A stretch of DNA of 64,000 nucleotides from Escherichia coli (GTDB taxonomy: Bacteria; Pseudomonadota; Gammaproteobacteria; Enterobacterales; Enterobacteriaceae): assembly GCF_001677475.2 (NCBI RefSeq), contig NZ_CP015229.1; one strand, written 5' to 3'. A program made the position numbers and the translations under genes. Positions 1 through 11,179 of this stretch are shown piece after piece; the first letter of the stretch is position 1, and every line of letters starts with the position of its first letter. Under the pieces are notes generated by a model. The model was not told the DNA's origin, searched no databases, and saw nothing but the letters and a program-made list of their open reading frames with translations.

Positions 1-276
1 ATGGTCGTCAATCTGGTGTTCGATAACCATCCCTTCACCTACGCTGGCAAGATGGCGAACATAAGGATGCGGTCGGTAAGCCGGAGCTGGCGCAGGAGCC
101 ACATAGACGGTTTGCGGCACAGTCGCGACGCTGACCGCTTGTGGAACGCTGATTGAATCAGGAACCACAACCACTTTGTATCCACTCGGCACATCGACGG
201 TGACATTTTGCGCCATCGCCACACCAGTAAAGCCCATTAAAAGCGCGCCCAACAGTAGACAATTTTTCATAATCAT
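1..276 (-). CDS. ybjH: YbjH-like small secreted protein; 3' end runs off the window start
   Basis: Minus-strand open frame from ATG at 274-276 to position 1 with no stop; N-terminus MIMKNCLLLGALLMGFTGVAMAQ looks like a signal peptide; sits upstream of ybjI as in K-12. Confidence 0.7.
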   Translation of the reverse strand, partial: MIMKNCLLLGALLMGFTGVAMAQNVTVDVPSGYKVVVVPDSISVPQAVSVATVPQTVYVAPAPAPAYRPHPYVRHLASVGEGMVIEHQIDDH

Positions 277-361
277 TTCGCCTGAAATAATGCAGCGGGT
301 AAATTTCCGCGAATTATGCAGCCTTCATTCAGGCATTGTGTTGCCGGGCGTGCTGCCGTTT

Positions 362-1177
362 TTATTGGTTAAATGGCGCTTCGTGTTTAAGAACTTTATC
401 GATCACATCCAGTACGCCTTCACGGTTATTGGAGCCTGCCCGGTATTTTGCCGCTGCGACGACCGCGCTGCCGGCATTTTCCATTGCAAAACTAAAGCCT
501 GCCTGACGCAGCATCTCAATATCGTTACCGCCATCGCCAAAGACCACCACTTCGCTGTCGTCTATTCCCCATAATTTCTGCAGTTGGCGAAGGCCATTGG
601 CTTTATGTACGCCGGGGATAATCAGATCGATGCTGCCGTTGCCGGTGTGGACCGGCACCATAATATCGCCGATGGCCTCATGTAATGCTTTTTGTACTTG
701 TGGAATCAGTTCATCGGAAAGATTCAGACCAAACTTAAAGAAGATATCTTCTAAGTTGTCAAAGTTATCGACGTATTCCAGACGGTGATAATACATTTCC
801 GCCACCGTTTTCATGGCATCGTCATATTTTTTGAGGGTATAGGCGCTATTTTTTCCGCAGGCAATAATTTCCACTTCCGGGCGCGTCAGCAAATGTTCCA
901 CGACAGTAGCAAACGCATCCTTCGACAGCTCGCCATTAAAAACATCTTTGCCTTCGCTCACTACCCAGCCGCCGTTTTCAGCCACAAAGGCTATTTCATT
1001 AGCAATTTCCGGAAAGAAAGAGATCAACTGATAATATTGATTCCCGCTGGCGACCACAAAGCGAATGCCTTGTGCTTTCATTTGCTGATACTGAGCCATA
1101 AACCGCTCACGGTTATAGGTTTTTTGATCGCTTAAGAAAGTACCATCCATGTCTACCGCAATTAATTTAATGCTCAT
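362..1177 (-). CDS. ybjI: HAD-superfamily phosphatase
   Basis: ORF 362..1180; ATG at 1175-1177 gives 271 aa; N-terminus [14 protein letters not shown] carries the HAD DxDGT motif; start overlaps the ybjJ stop by 1 bp. Confidence 0.85.
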   Translation of the reverse strand: MSIKLIAVDMDGTFLSDQKTYNRERFMAQYQQMKAQGIRFVVASGNQYYQLISFFPEIANEIAFVAENGGWVVSEGKDVFNGELSKDAFATVVEHLLTRPEVEIIACGKNSAYTLKKYDDAMKTVAEMYYHRLEYVDNFDNLEDIFFKFGLNLSDELIPQVQKALHEAIGDIMVPVHTGNGSIDLIIPGVHKANGLRQLQKLWGIDDSEVVVFGDGGNDIEMLRQAGFSFAMENAGSAVVAAAKYRAGSNNREGVLDVIDKVLKHEAPFNQ

Positions 1178-2385
1178 CAATTATTCTCCATCGCCGTCTG
1201 CGTTTTGGTATCGGGTTTGGCGACGGCTTTCGCGACAATAGCCGCGAGAATAACCAGCGCCAGTACAACCAGCATTGCACTACGTAGTCCATAATGTTCG
1301 CCGAGATAGCCCAGCAGCGGCGGCCCGACGAGGAAAGCCAGATAACCGGTCGTTGCTACTACGCTGACGCGGGTCGGTGCATCGGGGCCGGTATCGCTGG
1401 CGGCAGAAATGGTCAGCGGGAAGCCCAGCGAAGCACCCAGTCCCCAAAGTACAACAGACACCCCTGCGACCCAGGCGCTATCGACAAAAATAATCAGCCC
1501 AATACCCAACGCTCCCATTAGTGCACTGGCCCGAACCACGGCAACGCGACTGTAACGGTCGATGAACCAACCGCCGGTAAAGCGTCCAACAGTCATCCCC
1601 AGGGTAAAACCGGCATAAATCAGCGAGCCGGAAGTAGGGCTAAAACCGTGACCGTCAACCATTAATAAGGGTAACCAGTCGTTGGCAGAACCTTCGGCAA
1701 AGGCCATCGCCAGCACTACAACACCAATCAGCAGCAACTGGATATCGCGATAAAAAGGTACGCCTTTTTCACCATGCTGGGTGCCATCGGCAGCATTTTT
1801 GCCCGTACCGTCAGGGATTGCCTGAATGGCGATATAAATAGGCGCGATGCCTACCAGCGCCGCCAATAAAATGTGCACCGTTGCCGGAACGCCAAAGGCC
1901 GTCAGTGCCATCCCGATACCAGCGCCTGCCAGCGTGCCCAGGCTATAAAAACCGTGCATCATCGGCAAAACCGTCTTATTCATTTCTCGCTCAACGGCAG
2001 CACCTTCAACGTTTATCGCCACTTCCGCAGAACCAAAACTTGCCCCAAAGACGCCGAGACCAACGGCAAAGAGCAGGGGCGATGTCAGCCAGAGTGCCAG
2101 ACTTAATATCATCATCCCGATCAATGCGCAGGACATCGTGACCAGGATGACATTACGCGTCCCAAAGCGTTTCACTAACCACGCCGAGCAGAGAATACCG
2201 CTCATTGAACCGATCGACAGACCAAAGAGGACTCCGCCCATTTCAGCGATCGAAACAGAAAGAATATCGCGGATAGCAGGCGTACGGGTTGCCCAGGACG
2301 CCATTAACAGGCCCGGCAAAAAGAAGAACATAAACAGCGCCCAGGTTCGGCGTTTCAATGCATTACGTGAAGAATTTAAGGTCAT
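1177..2385 (-). CDS. ybjJ: MFS-type inner membrane transporter
   Basis: 402-aa ORF, highly hydrophobic multi-helix protein; recalled as E. coli YbjJ. Confidence 0.85.
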   Translation of the reverse strand: MTLNSSRNALKRRTWALFMFFFLPGLLMASWATRTPAIRDILSVSIAEMGGVLFGLSIGSMSGILCSAWLVKRFGTRNVILVTMSCALIGMMILSLALWLTSPLLFAVGLGVFGASFGSAEVAINVEGAAVEREMNKTVLPMMHGFYSLGTLAGAGIGMALTAFGVPATVHILLAALVGIAPIYIAIQAIPDGTGKNAADGTQHGEKGVPFYRDIQLLLIGVVVLAMAFAEGSANDWLPLLMVDGHGFSPTSGSLIYAGFTLGMTVGRFTGGWFIDRYSRVAVVRASALMGALGIGLIIFVDSAWVAGVSVVLWGLGASLGFPLTISAASDTGPDAPTRVSVVATTGYLAFLVGPPLLGYLGEHYGLRSAMLVVLALVILAAIVAKAVAKPDTKTQTAMENN

Positions 2386-2428
2386 AGATCACGTCAAAAT
2401 AAGAAGAGGGAAGACAACATTAGCAAGG

Positions 2429-2448
2429 TTGTGTACATTTGTACACAA
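2429..2448. promoter_or_regulatory. Perfect inverted repeat TTGTGTACAtTTGTACACAA in the ybjJ-rcdA divergent intergenic; candidate TetR-family (RcdA) operator
   Basis: Palindrome read directly; lies 20-40 bp upstream of the rcdA start. Confidence 0.5.
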
Positions 2449-2468
2449 TTGCAGAGAGAGGAAATGAC

Positions 2469-3005
2469 ATGCGTCGCGCTAACGATCCGCAACGGCGAGA
2501 AAAAATTATCCAGGCCACGCTGGAGGCGGTGAAACTTTATGGAATACATGCTGTTACGCACCGCAAAATTGCTACCCTTGCCGGGGTACCGTTGGGATCG
2601 ATGACCTACTATTTTTCAGGAATTGATGAGTTGTTGCTGGAGGCGTTCAGCAGTTTTACTGAGATCATGTCCCGGCAATATCAGGCATTTTTTAGCGATG
2701 TTAGTGATGCACAGGGCGCATGCCAGGCTATCACCGATATGATATACAGCTCACAGGTTGCAACGCCGGATAACATGGAGCTGATGTACCAGCTCTACGC
2801 GCTGGCTAGCCGAAAACCGCTATTAAAAACGGTAATGCAAAACTGGATGCAGCGCAGTCAGCAAACGCTCGAACAATGGTTTGAACCCGGAACTGCCCGC
2901 GCGCTTGATGCGTTTATTGAGGGGATGACGCTGCATTTTGTCACCGACCGTAAGCCGCTATCGCGCGAGGAGATTTTGAGGATAGTTGAGAGGGTTGCAG
3001 GGTAG
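2469..3005 (+). CDS. rcdA: TetR-family transcriptional regulator RcdA (YbjK)
   Basis: ORF 2439..3005 trimmed to ATG at 2469 ([21 protein letters not shown]...), 178 aa; N-terminal HTH of TetR type. Confidence 0.85.
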   Translation: MRRANDPQRREKIIQATLEAVKLYGIHAVTHRKIATLAGVPLGSMTYYFSGIDELLLEAFSSFTEIMSRQYQAFFSDVSDAQGACQAITDMIYSSQVATPDNMELMYQLYALASRKPLLKTVMQNWMQRSQQTLEQWFEPGTARALDAFIEGMTLHFVTDRKPLSREEILRIVERVAG

Positions 3006-3024
3006 TAGATAAATTTTAGGCAAC

Positions 3025-3103
3025 AAAAAACCCACCAACCTTGAACCGAAATGGCGGGGTTGATGGGCTCCACAAAATGGGGACATCAAAGAAAAGCAGT
3101 GGC
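3025..3103 (-). ncRNA. rybB: sigmaE-dependent small RNA RybB
   Basis: Reverse complement reads GCCACTGCTTTTCTTTGATGTCCCCATTTTGTGGAGCCCATCAACCCCGCCATTTCGGTTCAAGGTTGGTGGGTTTTTT, ending in a GC hairpin plus U-run; lies in the ybjK-ybjL intergenic where rybB is known to sit. Confidence 0.85.
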
Positions 3104-3179
3104 ACTAATTAAGACTGATGCCCTGCGGAAAAGTTCTGCGGTTGTGCAAAAAAATTTCATTTTCAGGGCAACTTCAGTT

Positions 3180-4865
3180 TTATCCTAATCCAGGCCATAC
3201 CATGACGATGATTGTCCCTGCCAGCGTCAGCAGGACGTTGGCGATTGCGTAGGTGCCCGCATAGCCCAGCGCCGGGATGTTACTGCGAGCTGTATCACTG
3301 ATGATCTCCATTGCCGGCGCGCAGGTGCGTGCGCCCATCATTGCGCCAAACAACAGTGCGCGGTTCATTCTCAATACATAAGCACCGAACAAGAAACAGA
3401 TAACCACGGGCACCAGACTGACAATCAATCCGGCAATTAACATCTGACCGCCAATCGCGCCCAGGCCGTTATTAATACCGCTACCGGCGCTCAGACCAAC
3501 GCCTGCCATAAACACCATCAAGCCGAACTCTTTCACCATGCTTAATGCACCTTGCGGAATGTAACCGAAGGTCGGGTGGTTAGCACGCATAAAGCCCAGC
3601 ATAATTCCGGCGAATAACAACCCGGCAGCGTTCCCCATGCCGAAACTGAATGTGCTGAACTGGAAGGTGATCATCCCGATCATCAGCCCAATAACAAAGA
3701 AGGCGCAGAATGCCAGCAAATCAGTGACCTGGCTGTGAATCGAGATAAAGCCGATGCGATCGGCGATGGTTTTTACGCGGCGGGCATCGCCGCTGACTTG
3801 TAATACGTCACCTTTGTTAAGCACGACGTTGTCATCTATCGGCATCTCAATCTGGCTACGAATGACGCGGTTAAGGAAGCAACCGTGATCGGTCAACTTC
3901 AGTTGTGCGAGACGTTTGCCAACGGCGTTATGGTTTTTAACGACCACTTCTTCAGTGACGATACGCATGTCGAGAAGGTCACGATCGAAAACTTCTTTAC
4001 CGTTACGGAAGCTGGGATCGAGTCGGGCATGGGCGTCGGGATAGCCTACCAACGCTATTTCATCGCCCATTTGTAGCACGGCATCACCGTCTGGATTTGC
4101 CAGAATCCCGTTACGTCGAATACGTTCAATGTAGCAGCCGGTTTGTCGATAAATACCCAGCTCACGCAGATTTTTGCCGTCGGTCCAGGCCACCAGCTCC
4201 GGGCCGACGCGGTAGGCGCGGATCACCGGTAAATAAACCTTACGGTTGGCATCAGTGTCCAGGCCACGTTCGCGGGCGATTTGCTGGGCGCTGGTCTGTA
4301 AGTCCTGATGCTGCAATTTCGGCAAGTAACGCGCACCAACAATCAAACTCACCAGACCGATTAAATAGGTTAAGGCATACCCGAGGCTCAGATTATCCAG
4401 CGCCAGTGAGAGCTGTCTGCTTTCCATGCCGGAATGACGCAGTGTATCGCCAGCACCGACCAGAACCGGTGTCGACGTCATAGAGCCTGCTAACATACCG
4501 GCCGTCAGGCCAATATCCCAGCCAAACAGCTTACCTAACCCTAAGGCGATGACCAGCGCACTGCCAACCATCACCAGTGCTAACATTAGGTAATTTTTCC
4601 CATCGCGAAAAAAAATGGAAAAAAAGTTCGGTCCGGCTTCGACCCCGACGCAGAAAATAAACAGCATAAAGCCAAGATTAAGCGCGTCGGTGTTAATGCT
4701 GAAATGTTGTTGGCCTAATAACAGCGATACGACTAAAACGCCAATGGAATTACCCAGTTGGATCGAACCAAGTCGTAATTTCCCGAGACATAGCCCAAGC
4801 GCGAGGACCACAAATAATAACAGAATGTAATTCCCATTTAACAATTCGGCGACGTTTATATTCAC
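3180..4865 (-). CDS. ybjL: Putative transporter YbjL (AAE family with TrkA-C domains)
   Basis: 561-aa ORF; membrane domains flanking a central soluble region; N-terminus [20 protein letters not shown]. Confidence 0.85.
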
Positions 4866-5134
4866 GGAGGCTAACTTCTTGTTTACTAGTAAGCTGTTGA
4901 AAGAAATGGTAATTTACGATAATGTTTTTTACCAGAATTCAGGGCGCAGATTCATTCAGCGCACCTAAACGATAGTAAAGTAACAATATATTTTACTAGT
5001 GTAATCACATTAGGTATCAACGGCTATATGAATTGCGTTGGCCTATATTAGCATGGAATGCGAAGCGGCTTTATCTTACTGAACGCCACACTGGCGAAAA
5101 ATGTGTTCGATAGACGCAGTGTCAGGAGGAACGA

Positions 5135-5494
5135 GTGAAACATAAACAACGTTGGGCGGGGGCAATCTGCTGTTTTGTCCTCTTCATTGTGGTGTGCCTT
5201 TTTCTGGCGACGCACATGAAAGGCGCTTTTCGGGCTGCCGGGCATCCTGAAATCGGCTTGCTGTTTTTCATTCTTCCTGGAGCAGTTGCCAGCTTCTTTT
5301 CACAGCGTAGAGAAGTCCTGAAACCTCTGTTTGGCGCAATGCTGGCGGCACCCTGTTCAATGCTTATTATGCGGCTGTTTTTTTCACCGACGCGCTCATT
5401 CTGGCAAGAGCTGGCATGGTTATTAAGTGCGGTGTTCTGGTGTGCGCTGGGGGCACTGTGTTTCTTATTTATCAGTAGTTTGTTTAAACCATAG
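5135..5494 (+). CDS. ybjM: Inner membrane protein YbjM
   Basis: ORF from GTG at 5135 (MKHKQRWAGAICCFVLFIVV...), hydrophobic; exact start uncertain. Confidence 0.7.
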   Translation: MKHKQRWAGAICCFVLFIVVCLFLATHMKGAFRAAGHPEIGLLFFILPGAVASFFSQRREVLKPLFGAMLAAPCSMLIMRLFFSPTRSFWQELAWLLSAVFWCALGALCFLFISSLFKP

Positions 5495-5541
5495 CACAGA
5501 AAAAATCAATAAAGCCCTCAACGCGAGGGCTTGTCAGACGA

Positions 5542-5799
5542 TCAGGCGTCCAGATTCTCTTTCACCCATGCAGCAAAATCGGTATAGCCGCCGATATGTT
5601 GCTGATCGACAAAAATCTGCGGCACGGTTTCTACGGGTTTACCTGCCTTTTGTTGTAGATCTTCTTTAGTGATCCCTTCCGCACGAATATCAACATACTG
5701 ATACTGAAAATCATCGCGTTCATTGCTCAATTTCTCAGCCAGATCTTTTGCACGCACACAGTAAGGGCAACCCGGACGACCAAAAATAACGGTTTGCAT
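5542..5799 (-). CDS. grxA: Glutaredoxin 1
   Basis: ORF trimmed to MQTVIFGRPGCPYCVRAKDLAEKL (CPYC active site), 85 aa. Confidence 0.9.
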   Translation of the reverse strand: MQTVIFGRPGCPYCVRAKDLAEKLSNERDDFQYQYVDIRAEGITKEDLQQKAGKPVETVPQIFVDQQHIGGYTDFAAWVKENLDA

Positions 5800-5958
5800 T
5801 ATTTCTCTCCTCATAGATTTATGCCTGTAATGATCACGCTAAAATGTATTCGCTGAAAGTAGGTTTAACCTGTTGCATTAATTGCTAAAAGCTATAACTG
5901 TTAAACACAATACAGTGAAAAGTTTTAGACTGAAGGCTCACTTTGCAGAGGGAAGCGT

Positions 5959-6246
5959 ATGCGCGCGATCGGTAAATTGCCTAAAAGCGTGTTGATACTG
6001 GAATTTATCGGAATGATGTTGCTGGCGGTGGCGCTGCTGTCGGTAAGCGGCTCCCAGTCGCTGCCTGAGCCATTTTCTCGGCCAGAAGTGCAGATTCTGA
6101 TGATTTTTCTCGGTGTTTTGCTCATGCTTCCCGCTGCGGTGGTGGTTATTCTTCAGGTGGCAAAACGTCTTGCCCCACAGCTGATGAACCGTCCACCGCA
6201 ATATTCACGTTCAGAAAGAGAAAAAGATAATGACGCCAACCATTGA
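5959..6246 (+). CDS. ybjC: Small membrane protein YbjC
   Basis: 95-aa ORF with two hydrophobic segments; overlaps the nfsA start by 17 bp (operon ybjC-nfsA-rimK-ybjN). Confidence 0.8.
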   Translation: MRAIGKLPKSVLILEFIGMMLLAVALLSVSGSQSLPEPFSRPEVQILMIFLGVLLMLPAAVVVILQVAKRLAPQLMNRPPQYSRSEREKDNDANH

Positions 6247-6952
6247 ACTTATTTGTGGCCATCGCTCCATTCGCCATTTCACTGATGAACCCATTTCCGA
6301 CGCGCAGCGTGAGGCGATTATTAACAGCGCCCGTGCGACGTCCAGTTCCAGTTTTTTGCAGTGCAGTAGCATTATTCGCATTACCGACAAAGCGTTACGT
6401 GAAGAGCTGGTGACGCTGACCGGCGGGCAAAAACACGTAGCGCAAGCGGCGGAGTTCTGGGTGTTCTGTGCCGACTTTAACCGCCATTTACAGATCTGTC
6501 CGGATGCTCAGCTCGGCCTGGCGGAACAACTGTTGCTCGGTGTCGTTGATACGGCAATGATGGCGCAGAATGCATTAACCGCAGCGGAATCGCTGGGATT
6601 GGGCGGGGTATATATCGGCGGCCTGCGCAATAATATTGAAGCGGTGACGAAACTGCTGAAATTACCGCAGCATGTTCTGCCGCTGTTTGGGCTGTGCCTT
6701 GGCTGGCCTGCGGATAATCCGGATCTCAAGCCGCGTTTACCGGCCTCCATTTTGGTGCATGAAAACAGCTATCAACCGCTGGATAAAGACGCACTGGCGC
6801 AGTATGACGAGCAACTGGCGGAATATTACCTCACCCGTGGCAGCAATAATCGCCGGGATACCTGGAGCGATCATATCCGCCGAACAATCATTAAAGAAAG
6901 CCGCCCATTTATTCTGGATTATTTGCACAAACAGGGTTGGGCGACGCGCTAA
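6230..6952 (+). CDS. nfsA: Oxygen-insensitive NADPH nitroreductase A
   Basis: 240-aa ORF, MTPTIELICGHRSIRHFTDEPISDAQREAIINSARA, nitroreductase fold. Confidence 0.9.
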   Translation: MTPTIELICGHRSIRHFTDEPISDAQREAIINSARATSSSSFLQCSSIIRITDKALREELVTLTGGQKHVAQAAEFWVFCADFNRHLQICPDAQLGLAEQLLLGVVDTAMMAQNALTAAESLGLGGVYIGGLRNNIEAVTKLLKLPQHVLPLFGLCLGWPADNPDLKPRLPASILVHENSYQPLDKDALAQYDEQLAEYYLTRGSNNRRDTWSDHIRRTIIKESRPFILDYLHKQGWATR

Positions 6953-7012
6953 AACCGCCACGTCGATGTATGATACGCGGGCTTTTGACCAGGTCTGACA
7001 GAGAGGTGCAGG

Positions 7013-7915
7013 GTGAAAATTGCCATATTGTCCCGGGATGGAACGCTCTATTCGTGTAAGCGGCTGCGTGAAGCCGCTATACAGCGCGGTCACCTGGTTG
7101 AAATTCTTGATCCGCTTTCTTGCTACATGAACATAAATCCTGCGGCGTCTTCTATTCACTACAAAGGCCGCAAGTTACTCCATTTTGACGCAGTGATCCC
7201 GCGTATTGGCACCGCCATTACCTTTTATGGGACGGCGGCACTGCGCCAGTTCGAAATGCTGGGCAGCTATCCGCTCAATGAGTCGGTCGCCATTGCCCGG
7301 GCGCGTGACAAATTGCGTTCCATGCAACTGCTGGCGCGTCAGGGCATCGACCTGCCTGTCACGGGCATTGCGCATTCGCCGGATGATACCAGCGATTTAA
7401 TCGACATGGTCGGTGGTGCGCCGCTGGTGGTCAAGCTGGTTGAAGGCACGCAGGGAATTGGCGTCGTGCTGGCGGAGACGCGTCAGGCGGCCGAAAGCGT
7501 GATTGACGCTTTCCGCGGTCTGAACGCGCATATTCTGGTGCAGGAATATATCAAAGAGGCGCAAGGGTGCGATATCCGCTGTCTGGTTGTTGGCGATGAA
7601 GTGGTCGCTGCGATTGAACGGCGGGCGAAAGAGGGCGATTTTCGTTCCAATTTGCATCGTGGCGGCGCGGCAAGCGTCGCCAGTATCACACCACAGGAGC
7701 GTGAAATCGCGATAAAAGCCGCGCGAACGATGGCGCTGGACGTTGCTGGTGTGGATATTCTGCGTGCTAATCGCGGGCCATTGGTGATGGAAGTGAATGC
7801 GTCGCCGGGGCTGGAAGGAATAGAAAAAACCACCGGTATCGACATCGCGGGTAAAATGATCCGCTGGATCGAACGCCACGCTACGACAGAATATTGCCTG
7901 AAAACGGGTGGTTAG
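7013..7915 (+). CDS. rimK: Ribosomal protein S6 glutamate ligase (ATP-grasp)
   Basis: 300-aa ORF from [30 protein letters not shown]. Confidence 0.9.
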   Translation: MKIAILSRDGTLYSCKRLREAAIQRGHLVEILDPLSCYMNINPAASSIHYKGRKLLHFDAVIPRIGTAITFYGTAALRQFEMLGSYPLNESVAIARARDKLRSMQLLARQGIDLPVTGIAHSPDDTSDLIDMVGGAPLVVKLVEGTQGIGVVLAETRQAAESVIDAFRGLNAHILVQEYIKEAQGCDIRCLVVGDEVVAAIERRAKEGDFRSNLHRGGAASVASITPQEREIAIKAARTMALDVAGVDILRANRGPLVMEVNASPGLEGIEKTTGIDIAGKMIRWIERHATTEYCLKTGG

Positions 7916-8002
7916 TCGCAATCACATTACTGATCATGGTTTTGCCTGCGCTTTTTGCGTAAGCTGTGCCGGTCTTTTTATCGAAAGAGGTTGTACAAAA
8001 TT

Positions 8003-8479
8003 ATGACATCGCTGGTCGTTCCTGGTCTGGATACGCTGCGTCAATGGCTCGATGACCTGGGGATGAGTTTTTTTGAATGTGATAACTGTCAGGCTCTGCA
8101 TCTGCCCCATATGCAGAATTTCGACGGTGTCTTTGATGCCAAAATCGATCTGATCGATAACACGATCCTGTTTTCTGCCATGGCGGAAGTCCGACCTTCA
8201 GCCGTATTGCCGCTGGCGGCGGATTTATCTGCTATCAATGCCAGTTCGCTGACCGTGAAAGCATTTCTTGATATGCAGGATGATAATCTGCCAAAGCTGG
8301 TGGTTTGCCAGTCTTTATCCGTTATGCAAGGCGTAACCTATGAGCAGTTTGCATGGTTCGTGCGTCAGAGCGAAGAGCAGATTTCGATGGTCATTCTTGA
8401 AGCTAATGCCCATCAACTGCTGTTACCGACTGACGATGAAGGGCAAAACAACGTTACCGAAAACTATTTCCTCCACTGA
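8003..8479 (+). CDS. ybjN: YbjN-family protein
   Basis: ORF 7955..8479 trimmed to ATG 8003 (MTSLVVPGLDTLRQWLDD...), 158 aa. Confidence 0.85.
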   Translation: MTSLVVPGLDTLRQWLDDLGMSFFECDNCQALHLPHMQNFDGVFDAKIDLIDNTILFSAMAEVRPSAVLPLAADLSAINASSLTVKAFLDMQDDNLPKLVVCQSLSVMQGVTYEQFAWFVRQSEEQISMVILEANAHQLLLPTDDEGQNNVTENYFLH

Positions 8480-8829
8480 TAACTCCTTTCGAGTACGCAG
8501 TCGCTGCCGCAGTGACTGCGTGCTGCAAAATTATCTGCTGTTTTTAACCTTTTCTTAAAGATTATTTCACTTCTCTTGTGCCGATTTGGCTTTATCACAT
8601 AGAGCAAATACGCATAAAAATTTGTTAAATACCGTTTTTTAATCCGAGCTATAGTCTCAAACCCTGGCTAAAGTTATTCTTGCGATGCTTTTATATAGCG
8701 AGCAGTGCTGGCCGGGAGAGAGTTCTCTTTTCTTACACCGCGCCGATAAAAAATATGCACGTTTATTGCATATCTTTCAGTGTGACAACTTTTGTTCGTT
8801 TGTTAACGAACTTTCAGAAGGAAAGAGAT

Positions 8830-9942
8830 ATGACCGCCTTAAATAAAAAATGGCTATCGGGTCTGGTTGCGGGTGCTCTGATGGCCGTCTCTGTCGGCAC
8901 GCTCGCGGCTGAACAAAAAACACTCCACATTTATAACTGGTCTGATTATATCGCCCCGGACACGGTGGCCAATTTTGAAAAAGAAACCGGTATTAAAGTC
9001 GTCTACGATGTTTTCGACTCTAACGAAGTACTGGAAGGCAAATTAATGGCGGGTAGCACCGGCTTTGACCTGGTGGTGCCGTCAGCAAGCTTTCTTGAAC
9101 GCCAGTTGACTGCGGGAGTTTTCCAGCCGCTGGATAAAAGCAAATTGCCGGAGTGGAAGAATCTCGACCCGGAACTGCTGAAGTTGGTTGCCAAACACGA
9201 CCCGGATAATAAATTTGCTATGCCCTATATGTGGGCGACGACCGGGATTGGCTATAACGTCGATAAAGTTAAAGCGGTGCTGGGCGAAAACGCGCCCGTC
9301 GATAGCTGGGACTTGATCCTCAAGCCTGAAAATCTGGAAAAACTAAAAAGTTGCGGTGTCTCTTTCCTCGATGCGCCAGAAGAAGTTTTTGCTACCGTGC
9401 TGAATTATCTCGGCAAAGATCCCAACAGCACTAAAGCGGATGATTACACCGGACCGGCTACCGATCTGCTGTTAAAGCTGCGCCCGAACATTCGTTATTT
9501 CCATTCATCTCAATACATTAACGACCTGGCAAACGGCGATATCTGCGTCGCTATTGGCTGGGCGGGTGATGTCTGGCAGGCGTCAAACCGCGCGAAGGAA
9601 GCGAAGAATGGCGTTAATGTCTCGTTCTCGATTCCGAAAGAAGGGGCGATGGCGTTCTTTGATGTCTTCGCCATGCCTGCGGATGCCAAAAATAAAGACG
9701 AAGCCTATCAGTTCCTGAATTACCTGCTGCGCCCGGATGTGGTGGCGCATATTTCCGACCATGTGTTCTATGCCAACGCGAACAAAGAAGCTACGCCGCT
9801 GGTAAGCGCGGAAGTGCGTGATAATCCAGGGATTTATCCTCCGGCGGACGTTCGTGCGAAGTTGTTCACTCTGAAAGTGCAGGATCCAAAAATAGACCGT
9901 GTGCGCACCCGCGCGTGGACCAAAGTGAAGAGCGGAAAATAA
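8830..9942 (+). CDS. potF: Putrescine ABC transporter periplasmic binding protein
   Basis: ORF trimmed to MTALNKKWLSGLVAGALMAVSVGTLAAEQ (signal peptide), 370 aa. Confidence 0.9.
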   Translation: MTALNKKWLSGLVAGALMAVSVGTLAAEQKTLHIYNWSDYIAPDTVANFEKETGIKVVYDVFDSNEVLEGKLMAGSTGFDLVVPSASFLERQLTAGVFQPLDKSKLPEWKNLDPELLKLVAKHDPDNKFAMPYMWATTGIGYNVDKVKAVLGENAPVDSWDLILKPENLEKLKSCGVSFLDAPEEVFATVLNYLGKDPNSTKADDYTGPATDLLLKLRPNIRYFHSSQYINDLANGDICVAIGWAGDVWQASNRAKEAKNGVNVSFSIPKEGAMAFFDVFAMPADAKNKDEAYQFLNYLLRPDVVAHISDHVFYANANKEATPLVSAEVRDNPGIYPPADVRAKLFTLKVQDPKIDRVRTRAWTKVKSGK

Positions 9943-10036
9943 TCCGCAGTCGTAGATGCCGGACGGGCGCACCACACCCGCCGGCAATTCGCACCATTAT
10001 GGTGCGCTTGCACACATTCAATGCCGGAGAGCAGCC

Positions 10037-11170
10037 GTGAATGACGCTATCCCTCGCCCGCAGGCGAAAACCCGTAAGGCGCTGACGCCGCTATTAGAAA
10101 TCCGCAACCTCACCAAATCCTACGATGGTCAACATGCGGTGGATGATGTCAGCCTGACCATCTACAAAGGTGAAATCTTCGCGCTGCTGGGCGCATCCGG
10201 CTGTGGCAAGTCCACGCTGCTGCGTATGCTGGCAGGTTTCGAACAACCTTCTGTCGGGCAGATTATGCTCGATGGCGTCGATTTGTCACAGGTACCGCCT
10301 TACCTGCGCCCCATCAATATGATGTTTCAGTCTTACGCGCTGTTTCCGCATATGACCGTGGAACAGAATATCGCTTTTGGCCTGAAACAGGACAAATTGC
10401 CGAAAGCGGAAATTGCCAGCCGGGTCAATGAGATGCTCGGGCTGGTGCATATGCAGGAGTTCGCCAAACGCAAACCGCATCAGCTTTCCGGCGGTCAGCG
10501 ACAGCGTGTGGCACTGGCCCGAAGCCTTGCCAAGCGCCCGAAACTATTACTGCTCGATGAGCCGATGGGCGCACTGGATAAAAAGCTGCGTGACCGGATG
10601 CAGCTTGAAGTGGTGGATATTCTGGAGCGTGTCGGTGTGACCTGCGTGATGGTCACCCACGATCAGGAAGAGGCGATGACCATGGCGGGGCGCATCGCCA
10701 TTATGAATCGTGGGAAATTTGTCCAGATTGGCGAACCGGAAGAGATCTATGAGCATCCGACCACCCGCTACAGCGCCGAATTTATTGGCTCGGTTAATGT
10801 CTTTGAAGGTGTACTCAAAGAGCGTCAGGAAGATGGTCTGGTGCTTTATTCGCCGGGGCTGGTGCATCCACTGAAAGTCGATGTAGATGCTTCGGTGGTC
10901 GATAACGTGCCGGTGCATGTGGCGCTTCGCCCGGAAAAAATCATGCTTTGCGATCAACCGCCTGCTGACGGCTACAATTTTGCGATGGGGGAGGTGATAC
11001 ACATTGCCTATCTCGGCGATCTTTCGGTGTATCACGTTCGTCTGAAAAGTGGGCAGATGATTAGCGCCCAGCTACAAAACGCCCATCGTCATCGTAAAGG
11101 GTTACCGACCTGGGGCGATGAAGTGCGTTTGTGCTGGGAAGTGGACAGCTGTGTGGTGCTGACGGTTTAA
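10037..11170 (+). CDS. potG: Putrescine ABC transporter ATPase
   Basis: GTG start (MNDAIPRPQAKTRK...), Walker A GASGCGKST, signature LSGGQRQR, 377 aa. Confidence 0.9.
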   Translation: MNDAIPRPQAKTRKALTPLLEIRNLTKSYDGQHAVDDVSLTIYKGEIFALLGASGCGKSTLLRMLAGFEQPSVGQIMLDGVDLSQVPPYLRPINMMFQSYALFPHMTVEQNIAFGLKQDKLPKAEIASRVNEMLGLVHMQEFAKRKPHQLSGGQRQRVALARSLAKRPKLLLLDEPMGALDKKLRDRMQLEVVDILERVGVTCVMVTHDQEEAMTMAGRIAIMNRGKFVQIGEPEEIYEHPTTRYSAEFIGSVNVFEGVLKERQEDGLVLYSPGLVHPLKVDVDASVVDNVPVHVALRPEKIMLCDQPPADGYNFAMGEVIHIAYLGDLSVYHVRLKSGQMISAQLQNAHRHRKGLPTWGDEVRLCWEVDSCVVLTV

Positions 11171-11179
11171 GGAGCAAAG

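Noticed and set aside
176-574. 132-aa plus-strand ORF spanning ybjH and ybjI
   Set aside because: It is antisense to two recognisable genes; the real coding frames are on the minus strand.
5800-5958. OxyR site and mar/sox box in the grxA-ybjC divergent region
   Set aside because: Expected from known regulation, but no motif could be pinned down by eye.
8680-8829. N-terminal extensions proposed by the ORF track (potF here; also artJ, artP, ybjS, ybjT, trxB, lrp, macA, dmsC, rcdA, ybjN)
   Set aside because: The track reports the longest ORF. Each was trimmed to the internal start that gives the recognisable N-terminus or signal peptide.
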